64,000 nt of DNA, from IMG/VR virus record IMGVR_UViG_3300024181_000005, positions 706 to 64,705 of that record. One strand, written 5' to 3'. Below the pieces are notes generated by a model that ran no database searches, was not told the DNA's origin, and saw nothing but the letters and a program-made list of their open reading frames with translations. Positions 27,415 through 36,507 of this stretch are shown here, piece by piece. This stretch comes from a virus (lineage: Duplodnaviria > Caudoviricetes). Made by a program: the position numbers and the translations under genes. Position 1 is the stretch's first letter. Every line of letters begins with the position of its first letter.

Positions 27415-27641
27415 GACACACCCTCCACATCGAGCAGCGCCTTGGCCTTCTCCAGGGCCGCATCTTTCGTGTTGCCCTTCGTCGTCACAACCATCAGTTG
27501 CTCGACCTCGCGGACGGTCTCGTCGTGCGCGGCCTGCATTGGACCGCCGCTGTGCTTCTTGACCTTCCTGGTGACCTCCTCGACCTTCACGTGCACGACG
27601 TAGTGCACCTCGGGAGCCTCGTCTTGCTTGACGTACGCCAT
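27411..27641 (-). CDS. Hypothetical protein
   Basis: ATG 27641 with GAGGAG RBS; YVVHVKV...VVTTKGNTKDAALEKA. Confidence 0.65.
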   Translation of the reverse strand: MAYVKQDEAPEVHYVVHVKVEEVTRKVKKHSGGPMQAAHDETVREVEQLMVVTTKGNTKDAALEKAKALLDVEGVS

Positions 27642-27729
27642 TACCTTCTCCTCATCCTGTTGTGCAGCCACCAGCGCCAGCCCACCCGGCGCACCACGCA
27701 CCGAGCCTGGCCGATGCGGTAGAGGACCC

Positions 27730-27972
27730 TCACAGCAGCCCGTATCCGTGCAGTAGCCATCCCCCGACCAGCACCGCCACCGTGAGCGGCACCCCGAAGA
27801 AGATACCGAAGACGATGCCGAGCTGCGGGTTGGTGGCACTGCTGCTGCTCTTGTGCGGCGTACCGCTGCCCCGCCCGCTGGTCCGGTACCCCGGGCCGGG
27901 TCCGGTACCCCCGCGACCCCGCCGACCCGGGGGCCGACCGCCGCTCGGACGCTGACGATTGCTTCGTGCCAT
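27730..27972 (-). CDS. Membrane protein with Arg/Gly-rich N-terminus
   Basis: C-terminal TM helix. Confidence 0.6.
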   Translation of the reverse strand: MARSNRQRPSGGRPPGRRGRGGTGPGPGYRTSGRGSGTPHKSSSSATNPQLGIVFGIFFGVPLTVAVLVGGWLLHGYGLL

Positions 27973-27974
27973 CG

Positions 27975-29264
27975 TTACTCTCCTGTCACTCGTGCTGCTG
28001 ACGGGTCCGCCGCCCATTCGGCGGGGTCGATACGCCACGGTCGAGGTTCTCCACCGTCTTCGGGGTCCTGCGGCATGTCCTTCTGCATCCGGCCCCAGTG
28101 CTCCGAGCCGATCCCCTCGCGGGCGAACGCGTCAACGCGCGAGCGGATGGTGCAGCCCCGGTCGAACTTCGCCATGAAGCCGCACGACCCGGTCTGATAG
28201 CAGACGGGTCGGATGGCGTCCGCGAACAGCTCGTACTGCCAACCGTCACTGGGCCAGACCTCAGCGTCGGCGGGTACATACACGTTCACTCGGAGTTCTC
28301 CGGCCCGCTCGCGCAGCGCCTTCGCGACCCCGCCGAACAGCACACGCCAGTCGAACTGCGCCTGCGTGCAGGTGCGCTTCCCGGCCTCCATGATCAGGGT
28401 CCGCAACGACACTGTCCAGTACAGCCGCGTCGTGATCGCGTGCGGGAGCACCCCCCGCGCTTCCTCCGCAGGCAAGCCTGCCGCCACGAGCGCGGCGTAG
28501 CTGTCTTCGGCCGCGTTCAACGACTTGAGCCAGATGCGGACGCGCGGGTCGTCATCCTTGAGGCAAGCCAGCGCGGGCGGGAGGGGGACTTCCTGCGCCC
28601 AGTCCTCCGCGACGGCGAAGCGCAGCGATTCCTGTGCAAAGAACGAGAAGCGGTTGCGCACCATCTGATGCGTGATGCCTCGCGACACGCCCTCGATGAG
28701 GAACGTGAACTGCACCGCCTCGAGCGGCCCCGACAGCACGGTCGCCATCATCGCCTCATACGCCTCGCGGCGCTCCGCGTCGGTCACCTCGCTCTTGGCT
28801 CGGCGCACCTTCCCCTCGTACATCCCGCAGAGCACCGCGAGCGTCCCGAGCGGGTCCGTAGGCGCATCGATGAGCGTGACCGTGATGCCCTTCCGCGCAT
28901 CCTCGGGCATCGGGGCCCGAGCATACTGGGCCACGTCTGCCACCCGAACCGGTAGATGCCTGCGCGTGAAGCCTGCGTGCTCGGCCTCGGGGTACCCGCA
29001 GCGACGCAGGTCGTTACCCACCCCCGGATACAGGTCCGTGTCGTTCACAGTGAACGAGCAGTGCCCGGTCCCGTCGTCCTCGAACAGGTGCAGCACGGTA
29101 TTGATGAGATGCGTACGGTTCGCCTCCGGCCCGGGGTTGGCGTGCTCCCGGCTCGGCCGGTTGCAGAACTCGAAGCCGTTTACCGTTAGATGCCGAGCTG
29201 CACACAGCGTGCGGACCCCGTCGTCCTCGTACGTGTGGTCGAGGATGAGTTCGTCATCGGGCAT
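27975..29264 (-). CDS. thyX: ThyX-family flavin-dependent thymidylate synthase-like protein with Cys/His-repeat N-terminal extension
   Basis: FLIEGVSRGITHQMVRNRFSFFAQESLRF (RHRx7SxR motif with H->N); ARGVLP. Confidence 0.85.
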   Translation of the reverse strand: MPDDELILDHTYEDDGVRTLCAARHLTVNGFEFCNRPSREHANPGPEANRTHLINTVLHLFEDDGTGHCSFTVNDTDLYPGVGNDLRRCGYPEAEHAGFTRRHLPVRVADVAQYARAPMPEDARKGITVTLIDAPTDPLGTLAVLCGMYEGKVRRAKSEVTDAERREAYEAMMATVLSGPLEAVQFTFLIEGVSRGITHQMVRNRFSFFAQESLRFAVAEDWAQEVPLPPALACLKDDDPRVRIWLKSLNAAEDSYAALVAAGLPAEEARGVLPHAITTRLYWTVSLRTLIMEAGKRTCTQAQFDWRVLFGGVAKALRERAGELRVNVYVPADAEVWPSDGWQYELFADAIRPVCYQTGSCGFMAKFDRGCTIRSRVDAFAREGIGSEHWGRMQKDMPQDPEDGGEPRPWRIDPAEWAADPSAARVTGE

Positions 29265-29403
29265 TGTACTTGACCCCTCCGTGATTGAGGCACGTCTGAC
29301 GCCCCTCGTTGGGCTGCTTGGTACCGTCGGCGCACAGCACCTTGTCCCCACAGCCTGCCAGCAGACCGACGACCAGCGCCAGCACTACCGCCGTCCTCTT
29401 CAT
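29254..29403 (-). CDS. 49-aa lipoprotein (DUF3761-like C.DGT...C..HGGV motif)
   Basis: MKRTAVVLALVVGLLAGC lipobox; ATGA overlap; absent from ORF track. Confidence 0.75.
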   Translation of the reverse strand: MKRTAVVLALVVGLLAGCGDKVLCADGTKQPNEGRQTCLNHGGVKYNAR

Positions 29404-29696
29404 GAGATGTCCATCCTGATCCTCTTGACGATCGGGTACGCAGCCAGGTTGGGCCGCATCAGAGCGTCGGGCTTATAGAACACGTACACCACGACCGGGT
29501 GCTCGAGGTCACGACGGCCGAACACCACCGTAGAGGCCCGGTACCCGCGCTCGGCCGCCGCCGCATAGACGTACCCACGAAACGACTCGGCCTCGCACAG
29601 GAACTCGGAGCCTCGCTGGGCCCGGTACGCCTTCCCGGGCTCGAGGGGCTGCACATTGCCCAGCAGCCATCCGTACTTGCTGTTCTGCCACTTCAT
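29400..29696 (-). CDS. Hypothetical protein (possible small DNA-binding fold)
   Basis: 98 aa; preceded by the ACTCGGCCGGGAGG start-associated motif. Confidence 0.7.
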   Translation of the reverse strand: MKWQNSKYGWLLGNVQPLEPGKAYRAQRGSEFLCEAESFRGYVYAAAAERGYRASTVVFGRRDLEHPVVVYVFYKPDALMRPNLAAYPIVKRIRMDIS

Positions 29697-29742
29697 CGCA
29701 GCCTCCCGGCCGAGTGGCCCGGCTTCTCCTCCGGACCGTGCG

Positions 29743-29827
29743 CCACCTAGGTAGGACTCGAACCTACGCCTTCCCGGCTACCCGATGCGTGACACGGGTG
29801 ATGGTCTCCTGTCAGAGACACTAGGTG
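29743..29827 (-). ncRNA. tRNA-like element 1 (atypical 85-nt cloverleaf)
   Basis: Acceptor CACCTAG/CTAGGTG, T-arm GTAGG-TTCGAGT-CCTAC, short D arm, 10-nt anticodon-type loop, variable stem; trailer G-CGCA. Confidence 0.65.
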
Positions 29828-29892
29828 ACCCTCCGCCCACTACTGCGGAGAGGCGGGGCGGGAGATGCCGGGTTCTCACCGCCCCTGCAAAG

Positions 29893-30072
29893 CTACTTCT
29901 TCTTCAGAGCCTTGACGATCTTGCCGAACAGGCCCTCTTTCTTCGGCTGTCCTACCGGCTTCCCGTCGCGTACGGCGCGGCGGTCAGAGCCCTTCGCGTA
30001 GCGCGGTCCGTTCGGCCCGGTCCGGCCTTCTCGACGCCACTGCGGGAGCATGTCGTCCCAGTCATTCGGCAC
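29893..30072 (-). CDS. 59-aa basic protein
   Basis: GTG with GAAAGG RBS; ends in amphipathic GLFGKIVKALKKK. Confidence 0.55.
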   Translation of the reverse strand: MPNDWDDMLPQWRREGRTGPNGPRYAKGSDRRAVRDGKPVGQPKKEGLFGKIVKALKKK

Positions 30073-30154
30073 CCCAGCACCTTTCTCTCGACCCCACTAC
30101 CTAACCGTACCCCTACCACCGAACGCAACCCCCGCAGCGCTCCAGACCCGCCTA

Positions 30155-30856
30155 CTACAGCTCGTCGGCGTCGTACGGGATGCGTGAGCCCGACAAGGCG
30201 ACCCCGCGCGACAGGTTCGCCACGATGAGTTCGGCGAGCCCGCGTACCGACAGCCCTCGAGCAGCCTCGCCCTGCATACGCGTGAGGGGCCCTGAGAACG
30301 CCGCTGCGGCATCAGCAGTCATCGGGGTACCCGCCAGCAGCCCCGGCTCGTAGACGTACGCGAGCAGCCCCTCGCGGGCCCGCAACGACTCGCGGGCCTC
30401 GCACCGCACCGCCATCGAGAGCGCAGCCTTTGACGCGCAGTACGCGGCCGAGCCGGTACGCGGGATGTGCGCCGAGTTCGAGCTGATCGCCACGAAGTGC
30501 GCGTAGCCCTGCGTCTCGCCCCACCCACCCCGCTCCCTCCGCAGGAGAGCCCGATACGCAGCCAGCAGCCGCAGGTTCCCGGTGACGTTACCGTCGAAGT
30601 GCGCGGCCCACCACGAGGCTGTCGAACCCACCCAGTCTCCCTGCGGGATGTTGACGCCAGCCGTGCTCACAATGAACCGAGGGAGGACCGGGAGCAGCAC
30701 GGAATCCATTGGATCGCTGTCTGTGAGGTCCAGGTACACCGGTTCGCCACTCACGCCTGCGCACACAGGCTCCATCCCGACACGCAGCACCTCGTCGCGA
30801 ACCGCCTCCCCGAGGCTTCCGGCCCGAGCCCCGACAATCAGCACGCGGGCGGTCAT
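30155..30856 (-). CDS. Short-chain dehydrogenase/reductase (SDR)
   Basis: GARAGSLG Rossmann, STAGVN, ISSNSA, YCASK catalytic motif. Confidence 0.9.
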   Translation of the reverse strand: MTARVLIVGARAGSLGEAVRDEVLRVGMEPVCAGVSGEPVYLDLTDSDPMDSVLLPVLPRFIVSTAGVNIPQGDWVGSTASWWAAHFDGNVTGNLRLLAAYRALLRRERGGWGETQGYAHFVAISSNSAHIPRTGSAAYCASKAALSMAVRCEARESLRAREGLLAYVYEPGLLAGTPMTADAAAAFSGPLTRMQGEAARGLSVRGLAELIVANLSRGVALSGSRIPYDADEL

Positions 30857-31524
30857 GCCTCGTCCCGCAGGTTCACACGCGGCTTCAGGTAGATCTGTCG
30901 CATGGTGTCGTTGCCCAGGAAGTACCCGAACACGCCGTACTGACTCTGGCAGGTCATCGTGTGCAGGCAGGCGACGTCGTGCATGTGCTGCACGGCCGAG
31001 CTGTACGCGCCTCGCAGGGTCTGCTCGGGCTGCACCTTCACGGCCTTAAAGCTCAGATGTGGGATGGGGTAGCGCGAGACCGGCAGGCCGTTCCAGCTCT
31101 GGCCGCTCGGCTGCCAGAGCGCCTGATGCAGCGGGCTGAAGCCCATGATGCCTGCGGCGTCCGAGCTCAGCATCATGACCTCCAGCCGGTACCCGTAGTC
31201 GGGGTGGCTGAAGAATCGGTAGTCGACACAGTACCGGGTGCCGAACGGGCTCGTGGAGACCACGTCGCGGTCCTCGTTGAACGCGGTCCAGCCGTTCGCC
31301 TCGAGGTAGATCGACAGCTCGCCCCGGTGCCAGGGATCGGGCACGAGGATGGCCGCCTCATCGATGAAGGCGTCTTTGGGGAGCCGGTTCTGATAGTGCG
31401 CGATCCAGGTGCTGATGGCCAGCGTGTTCGCGGTCATGTCGGCTTCGGTGTTGAACACGACCGGTCGCCGGAACGCAGGCACGTTCTCGACCATGTCGTT
31501 GAGCTGAAAGTCGTTGTCCAGCAT
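30853..31524 (-). CDS. Hypothetical enzyme, possibly VOC/glyoxalase-like
   Basis: Start ATG 31524; LEVMM, HLSFK, YLKPRVNLR segments; fold assignment is inference. Confidence 0.5.
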   Translation of the reverse strand: MLDNDFQLNDMVENVPAFRRPVVFNTEADMTANTLAISTWIAHYQNRLPKDAFIDEAAILVPDPWHRGELSIYLEANGWTAFNEDRDVVSTSPFGTRYCVDYRFFSHPDYGYRLEVMMLSSDAAGIMGFSPLHQALWQPSGQSWNGLPVSRYPIPHLSFKAVKVQPEQTLRGAYSSAVQHMHDVACLHTMTCQSQYGVFGYFLGNDTMRQIYLKPRVNLRDEA

Positions 31525-31526
31525 GG

Positions 31527-34500
31527 TTACTCCGAGGGTGTCAGGATGTGTATTTCCTTGGCGGTGATGGCCCGCCGGTACTCGGCTCGCTTGTAGCCCC
31601 GGACCAGCACGAGGTCTCTCTTGAGGTCGATGTCCCAGATGTCGTCCTTGTGTTTGTCGTAGAATCCGTCCCAACGCGGGACCGTGATGACCAGCGGCCC
31701 GGTCTCGTCCTCCCCCGTGATGACGACATAGTTGACGTACTGCGGTTGCTTCACCTTCTTCGGGTCGAGCTCCTCGCCGGTTCGTGACCGGTGCAGCTCG
31801 TAGATGTCCTTCATGTTGAGCAGCGTCACCCGACCGATCCAGGTGTGCTCGCCTGGCTTCGCCTCGTACGGAACGTCCTCGCTGCGGGAGGAGGGGTACG
31901 GGAGGGAGAAGCGTTCGCCGTTGTCGTTCAGCCACCGCCGCATCTTCGTGAGCTGCTTCGTGAGCGTGTAGATGCCGAAGGGGTCTGCCTGCGCGGCGAA
32001 CTCCTGCACCTTGACCAGGGTGGCCGCGCCGACGCCCTTGACGCCCCGGCCCGTCTTCGGGTCGCTCTGGTAGTCGACCCATTCCATGTCAGCGGGGTCA
32101 ACGCGCGCGGCGGCAATCTCGTTCTCGCGCCATTCCACCATCAGGCCAGCCGTCTTCTCGCCGATGCCCGGGACCTGCACGAGGCCCGCCCGCAGGCCCT
32201 CACCCTCAATCGACCACTGAATCTGACTCGCTCCCGGATCCGGCGGTAGAACCGCGAGGCCCGTGGCCGCAACCTCCTTCAGGATGTCCAATGCCTTCTC
32301 CTTGTGTGAAGGGCCGCTGAACTGCTGCAAACTCGCGCAATAGAAAGCCAACGGGTGATGCACCTTGAGCCACATCGTCCAGTAGGCCAGCATCCCATAG
32401 GAGACACAGTGGGCAGCATTGAAGGCGTACGCACCAGCCGTGACGAGTTGTTTCCACACACGGGCAGCAACAGCCTCACGCACCCCGCGCTCGGTGCACC
32501 CCGCCAAGAACTTCCCCTGAAGTCTGTTGAAGGCTTGCTCGCCTTGCTTTTTCGAGATGAGCTTCCTGACGAGCGCGGCTTCCTCCCATGTGAACCCTCC
32601 CAGCTCCCGCACCGTCCGCAGGATCTGCTCCTGATAGACGATCTGGCCTTGTGTCGTTTCGGTTATCTCGGAAACTACGGGGTGGAGTTTCTCGACGATC
32701 TTCTTCTTATGCTTGGCCATGATGTACTCAGCCGCAGCCCCAGAGTGCAGCGGGCCCGGCCGAGCGAGAGCGTTAATGTCACAGACTTCGGCGAATGTGT
32801 CCGGCTTGACCTCACGATTGACGCTGCGCATCGCGCGGCCATCAAATTGAAAGATACCGATGACACGGTTAGCTCGGAACCCCTCGTACACCTTCTCGTC
32901 ATCCAGAGGTACCGCATACAGCTCCTCCAAGCTCATCCCGATGTACTCGAGAGCGATAGCGATGATGCCCATGGTGGTCAGGCCCAGCGCATCAATCTTG
33001 AGCACGTTCAGATACTCGGCGTCGTACTTGTCGATAGACAGTACCTCGCCGATCTTCTTGCCACGTCCTTCCTGCGCCTTCTTCGCGGTCTCGTAGCGCA
33101 CATAGACAGCCAGGTTATCGGTCAGCCGACCATTCGCCACCACGAGGCCCGCCGCATGCACCGAGAACCCCTTCAAGTTCCCCTCGAGGCGCTGCGCGTC
33201 CTTCAGCTTGGGATACTTCTCGAACGCGTCGCGTACCTTCGGGAACAGCGCGATGCTGTCCTCGATGGTCTGGCCTGCGCGCAGGTCACCCGAAGACCGT
33301 ACGAGGATGGAATCCTTGACGCTCTCTGCCACGCCGTACGGGATCTCATGCACGCGGGCCACATCATCGATGCTGTTCTTGCCCTTGTACATCGTGAAGG
33401 TACCGATGTTGCCGACGTGGTCCGCCCCGTACATGTCAACGAGGTGCTCGCGCACCCGGTAGCGCTGGCGGTCGTCGAAGTCCAGGTCGATGTCCGGTAG
33501 GTCGTGCCGGTTGATATCGATGAACCTCTCGAATATTAGGTTGGGGAACAGCATCGGGTTGACTTCGGTGATGCGCAGCAGCCAGCACACGAGCGAGGCC
33601 GCCGCCGAGCCTCGGGCGGGCCCGACGGGGATGCCGTTCGTCTTGCTCCACACCACCATTTCCGAGATGACCAGGAAGTAGTCGACGAACTGCTTGAGGA
33701 TGATGAGGTCAGCCTCGCGCTTAAGCCGGGCCAGGCACCGCCTGCGCTCCTCGCGGCCGAGGTGTTGCAGACCGCGATACGACCAACCTTCCCGCAGCCA
33801 TCGGTGGAACAGCTCTACCGAGGGTATCTCGCCCGGAAACACGAGGTCCTTCAGCTTGGGCAGCGTGACGGAGCAACGATCGGCTATCTCCAGTGACGTT
33901 CCGATGGCACGCTCCGCCACCGAGCGGCGTAGCCCGGTCTCCAGTAGTCCCTCGTATACGGCATCACCCGTCTGGTGAGCCAGCAGGATGCCATACTCCC
34001 AGCTCTGCGCCTGAGCCTCGACCGTGTTCTTGTTTCCTCGCCGGTCAATAGCGTGCAGGAGCGGGTAGATGTCCTGGTCCTTGGCCGTCGGATAATGCAC
34101 GTCTCCCGTGACGACGAGTGGAATGGCGAGGCGGCCTCCAATGCGTTCGAGCGCAACATTGTACGCACGCTGCTTTTCGAGCAATGGGTGCGCTTGTACT
34201 TCCAGGTAGTATCGATCTCCGAATATCTCTCGGAACTGACTGGCCACACGCATACCCGCACGCAGATCCGCCGCATGTTCCGCTTCCCCCTTCCCTCCCA
34301 TCACCGCAGTAGCGAGCCGCCCACCCAGGCAGCCCGACAACACGATGAGCCCGTCGCTGTGGTTGGCCAGCATCTCCCCCGTCGTGGTCGGCTTGTAGTG
34401 GTGGTTCTCCCACGATTCGGAGACCACGCCGTACAGGTTCGAAAGCCCGCGCTGGTCGGCGGCCAGCACGGTCAGGTGGTGCTTCGTCTGGCCCCGAGCA

Positions 34501-34721
34501 TCGCCGGTATCGCAGTACAGCTCGCAGCCCTTGATGTCCTTGATACCGGTCTTGGCCGCCGCCTGTTCTGCCTTCACGTGCGGCGACACGTTCCCATGCT
34601 CGGTGAAAGCCCGAGCCACGATTCCCATGTCGGCGCATGCCTCCATGTGGTCGATAGGCATCATGAACCCATCGCCGGGGCTGAACGTCGTATGGGCATG
34701 CAGCTCGGCGCGCTTCCTCAT
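31527..34721 (-). CDS. dnaE: DNA polymerase III alpha subunit (DnaE-type) with PHP domain
   Basis: LHAHTTFS..DG, GPARGSAAASLV, DLPDIDLDF, KIDALGL; start fixed by ATGA overlap. Confidence 0.95.
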   Translation of the reverse strand: MRKRAELHAHTTFSPGDGFMMPIDHMEACADMGIVARAFTEHGNVSPHVKAEQAAAKTGIKDIKGCELYCDTGDARGQTKHHLTVLAADQRGLSNLYGVVSESWENHHYKPTTTGEMLANHSDGLIVLSGCLGGRLATAVMGGKGEAEHAADLRAGMRVASQFREIFGDRYYLEVQAHPLLEKQRAYNVALERIGGRLAIPLVVTGDVHYPTAKDQDIYPLLHAIDRRGNKNTVEAQAQSWEYGILLAHQTGDAVYEGLLETGLRRSVAERAIGTSLEIADRCSVTLPKLKDLVFPGEIPSVELFHRWLREGWSYRGLQHLGREERRRCLARLKREADLIILKQFVDYFLVISEMVVWSKTNGIPVGPARGSAAASLVCWLLRITEVNPMLFPNLIFERFIDINRHDLPDIDLDFDDRQRYRVREHLVDMYGADHVGNIGTFTMYKGKNSIDDVARVHEIPYGVAESVKDSILVRSSGDLRAGQTIEDSIALFPKVRDAFEKYPKLKDAQRLEGNLKGFSVHAAGLVVANGRLTDNLAVYVRYETAKKAQEGRGKKIGEVLSIDKYDAEYLNVLKIDALGLTTMGIIAIALEYIGMSLEELYAVPLDDEKVYEGFRANRVIGIFQFDGRAMRSVNREVKPDTFAEVCDINALARPGPLHSGAAAEYIMAKHKKKIVEKLHPVVSEITETTQGQIVYQEQILRTVRELGGFTWEEAALVRKLISKKQGEQAFNRLQGKFLAGCTERGVREAVAARVWKQLVTAGAYAFNAAHCVSYGMLAYWTMWLKVHHPLAFYCASLQQFSGPSHKEKALDILKEVAATGLAVLPPDPGASQIQWSIEGEGLRAGLVQVPGIGEKTAGLMVEWRENEIAAARVDPADMEWVDYQSDPKTGRGVKGVGAATLVKVQEFAAQADPFGIYTLTKQLTKMRRWLNDNGERFSLPYPSSRSEDVPYEAKPGEHTWIGRVTLLNMKDIYELHRSRTGEELDPKKVKQPQYVNYVVITGEDETGPLVITVPRWDGFYDKHKDDIWDIDLKRDLVLVRGYKRAEYRRAITAKEIHILTPSE

Positions 34722-34984
34722 GAGGCCCACCACATCCATACCGGGCGGGCCCCGTCGGTATTCTCGCCGCACGGTATCTCCCTGCTACTGCCAGGGATCT
34801 TATACATCCAGCCCCTCTCAGGGACGAAAGATCGGACCACCGCTCCCTGTCTCGTCGCGGACCAGAAGAGCTGCCCGTGAAAGGCCTCAAGCGCTCCAGG
34901 TGCGCAGAGATGCTCGACACGGAATATCGATGTTTCCCATTCGGTCTCCCAGCCCATCCGGGGGACCGCCACATACATCTGCAT
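34718..34984 (-). CDS. Hypothetical Trp-rich protein
   Basis: 88 aa; coupled to dcd stop (TGATG) and to dnaE start. Confidence 0.55.
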   Translation of the reverse strand: MQMYVAVPRMGWETEWETSIFRVEHLCAPGALEAFHGQLFWSATRQGAVVRSFVPERGWMYKIPGSSREIPCGENTDGARPVWMWWAS

Positions 34985-35508
34985 CACTGAGCCGCCGGGG
35001 TGGCCTTTACCTGGCCCTGGTAGTGCGAGTTGAGTTCGGGGTGCCCGTAGGGGCGGGTGGCGGGCCAGTCCAGCCGCTCGAAGGTAATCTGGCAGATCGG
35101 CATGCCTGCGGTGAGGGGGATGGGTCCGGGCGACAGGTTCACGAGCTCGAGGGTGAGCGTTCCTTCGAAGCCGGGGTCCACCAGGCCAGCGCACTCGACC
35201 TGCAAGCCGAGCCGGGCCAGCGTGCTCTTGCCGTACACCTGGCCGACATAGCCCCGGTCGAGCCTGACGTGCTCCTGGGTGGCGCCGAGCACGAACCGAC
35301 CGGGCTGCAAGACGTAGTCGGAGGTGTTGAGCCACCCGATGTCGCGATGGTCGGCTGGCTTGTGCATGGCCGAGAACGGCACGTAGAAGCTGCGGCTGAG
35401 CCGAAGATCCACGCTGCACGGCTGGAAGGCGCGGTCCAGCGGATACGGTTCGATGGCCAGCTCGCTCTTGTCGAGCAGGGCCCGGATGGTGCCGTCGCTG
35501 AGCTTCAT
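34984..35508 (-). CDS. dcd: dCTP deaminase
   Basis: QPCSVDLRL, GKSTLARLGL, AGLVDPGFEG.LTLE, ICQI.F. Confidence 0.95.
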   Translation of the reverse strand: MKLSDGTIRALLDKSELAIEPYPLDRAFQPCSVDLRLSRSFYVPFSAMHKPADHRDIGWLNTSDYVLQPGRFVLGATQEHVRLDRGYVGQVYGKSTLARLGLQVECAGLVDPGFEGTLTLELVNLSPGPIPLTAGMPICQITFERLDWPATRPYGHPELNSHYQGQVKATPAAQ

Positions 35509-36110
35509 GGCTTCCCCTTCACGAACGCATCGACTTCCAGGAGAGCCTGAAAGTGTTCGAACAGCAACGGCCGGTTCCGCTGCTGATACAGCCCGTAGGC
35601 CGGATGGTGCAGCGGCAACAACGGCGTGTCACCGAGCCAGCACCATTCGCCTACAGTCATCTTGGCGTTGGGCAGGTACAGGTACTCGGGCAAGAGCGAG
35701 GCTGCGCGCTTGGCGTGCTTGCCGAGCACCACCATAGGCGGTCGGCCGAGGATGGCCCACTCCTTGCGGAGAAACGGAATGCTGACGAACAGCTCCGCAT
35801 CAGTGGGCGGTCGGTTGCGCCGATTGTCGTCGACCGGCCGGTACTTGACCGTGTTCGTGATGAACACGTCCGTGCGCAGCAGCCCGACCGACGCCAGCAG
35901 CTCTTCGAGGAAGCGACCGGAGGCACCGATGAACGGCAATCCGAGCTTGTCTTCGTTCTGCCCCGGCGCCTCGCCGACGAACATGAACCGGGGCCGCACG
36001 GGGCCCGCACCGCGCACGAGACGCGAGCCTGCGGCCCGCATATGCGCCAGCCCGTCTTCGGCCTCGTACTCGGCGTACAGCCGGTTCAACAGCACCCTAC
36101 GATGGGTCAT
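35505..36110 (-). CDS. Uracil-DNA glycosylase family 4-like, lacking Fe-S cysteines
   Basis: VGEAPG, PFIGASG, TNTVKYRP, HHPAY. Confidence 0.9.
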   Translation of the reverse strand: MTHRRVLLNRLYAEYEAEDGLAHMRAAGSRLVRGAGPVRPRFMFVGEAPGQNEDKLGLPFIGASGRFLEELLASVGLLRTDVFITNTVKYRPVDDNRRNRPPTDAELFVSIPFLRKEWAILGRPPMVVLGKHAKRAASLLPEYLYLPNAKMTVGEWCWLGDTPLLPLHHPAYGLYQQRNRPLLFEHFQALLEVDAFVKGKP

Positions 36111-36507
36111 GGTCGGTCACGGCCAGCAGCGGCCCGCCTTTCTTGCGAATCAGCGGGTACACCCGGTCGACACCATCCCCCGTCCGCACCCGCAGAACGG
36201 TCGCCGAGCCGCGCTCACCCATCTCGTCGACGATGACCCCGAGCCCTTCCTCGGCCAGCCAGCCCAGAATGACCTTGTGGTGGCGTGCTTCTGGATCTGA
36301 CCCCATAAAGTGGGCTAGCGGCACCCGCACGGTCAGCTCAACAAACGGCTCAAGAGGCGGGATGCCATCACACCACGTCTGTCCAACCTGCACGCGTCGA
36401 CCCGAAGCCGAGACAGGTACGAACTCCCCAACGCTGGCATGCCGCTCATGCAGCTCGACGTTCCCGCAGTGCTTGTTCGGGCCCTGCGGGATCACTGACG
36501 TCCCCAT
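36097..36507 (-). CDS. Hypothetical protein with Cys/His motif
   Basis: CGNVELHERH...WCDG. Confidence 0.55.
   Translation of the reverse strand: MGTSVIPQGPNKHCGNVELHERHASVGEFVPVSASGRRVQVGQTWCDGIPPLEPFVELTVRVPLAHFMGSDPEARHHKVILGWLAEEGLGVIVDEMGERGSATVLRVRTGDGVDRVYPLIRKKGGPLLAVTDHDPS

Noticed and set aside
29743-29827. Selenocysteine or UGA-suppressor tRNA (UCA in loop)
   Set aside because: That register gives G33/C37 and a 3-nt bulge; no SelB/SECIS or in-frame UGA genes seen. Kept only as an atypical tRNA-like element.
31527-34721. Intein or intron in dnaE, terL or helicase
   Set aside because: Lengths and motif spacing are normal; no C…HN splice motifs or LAGLIDADG/HNH inserts recognised
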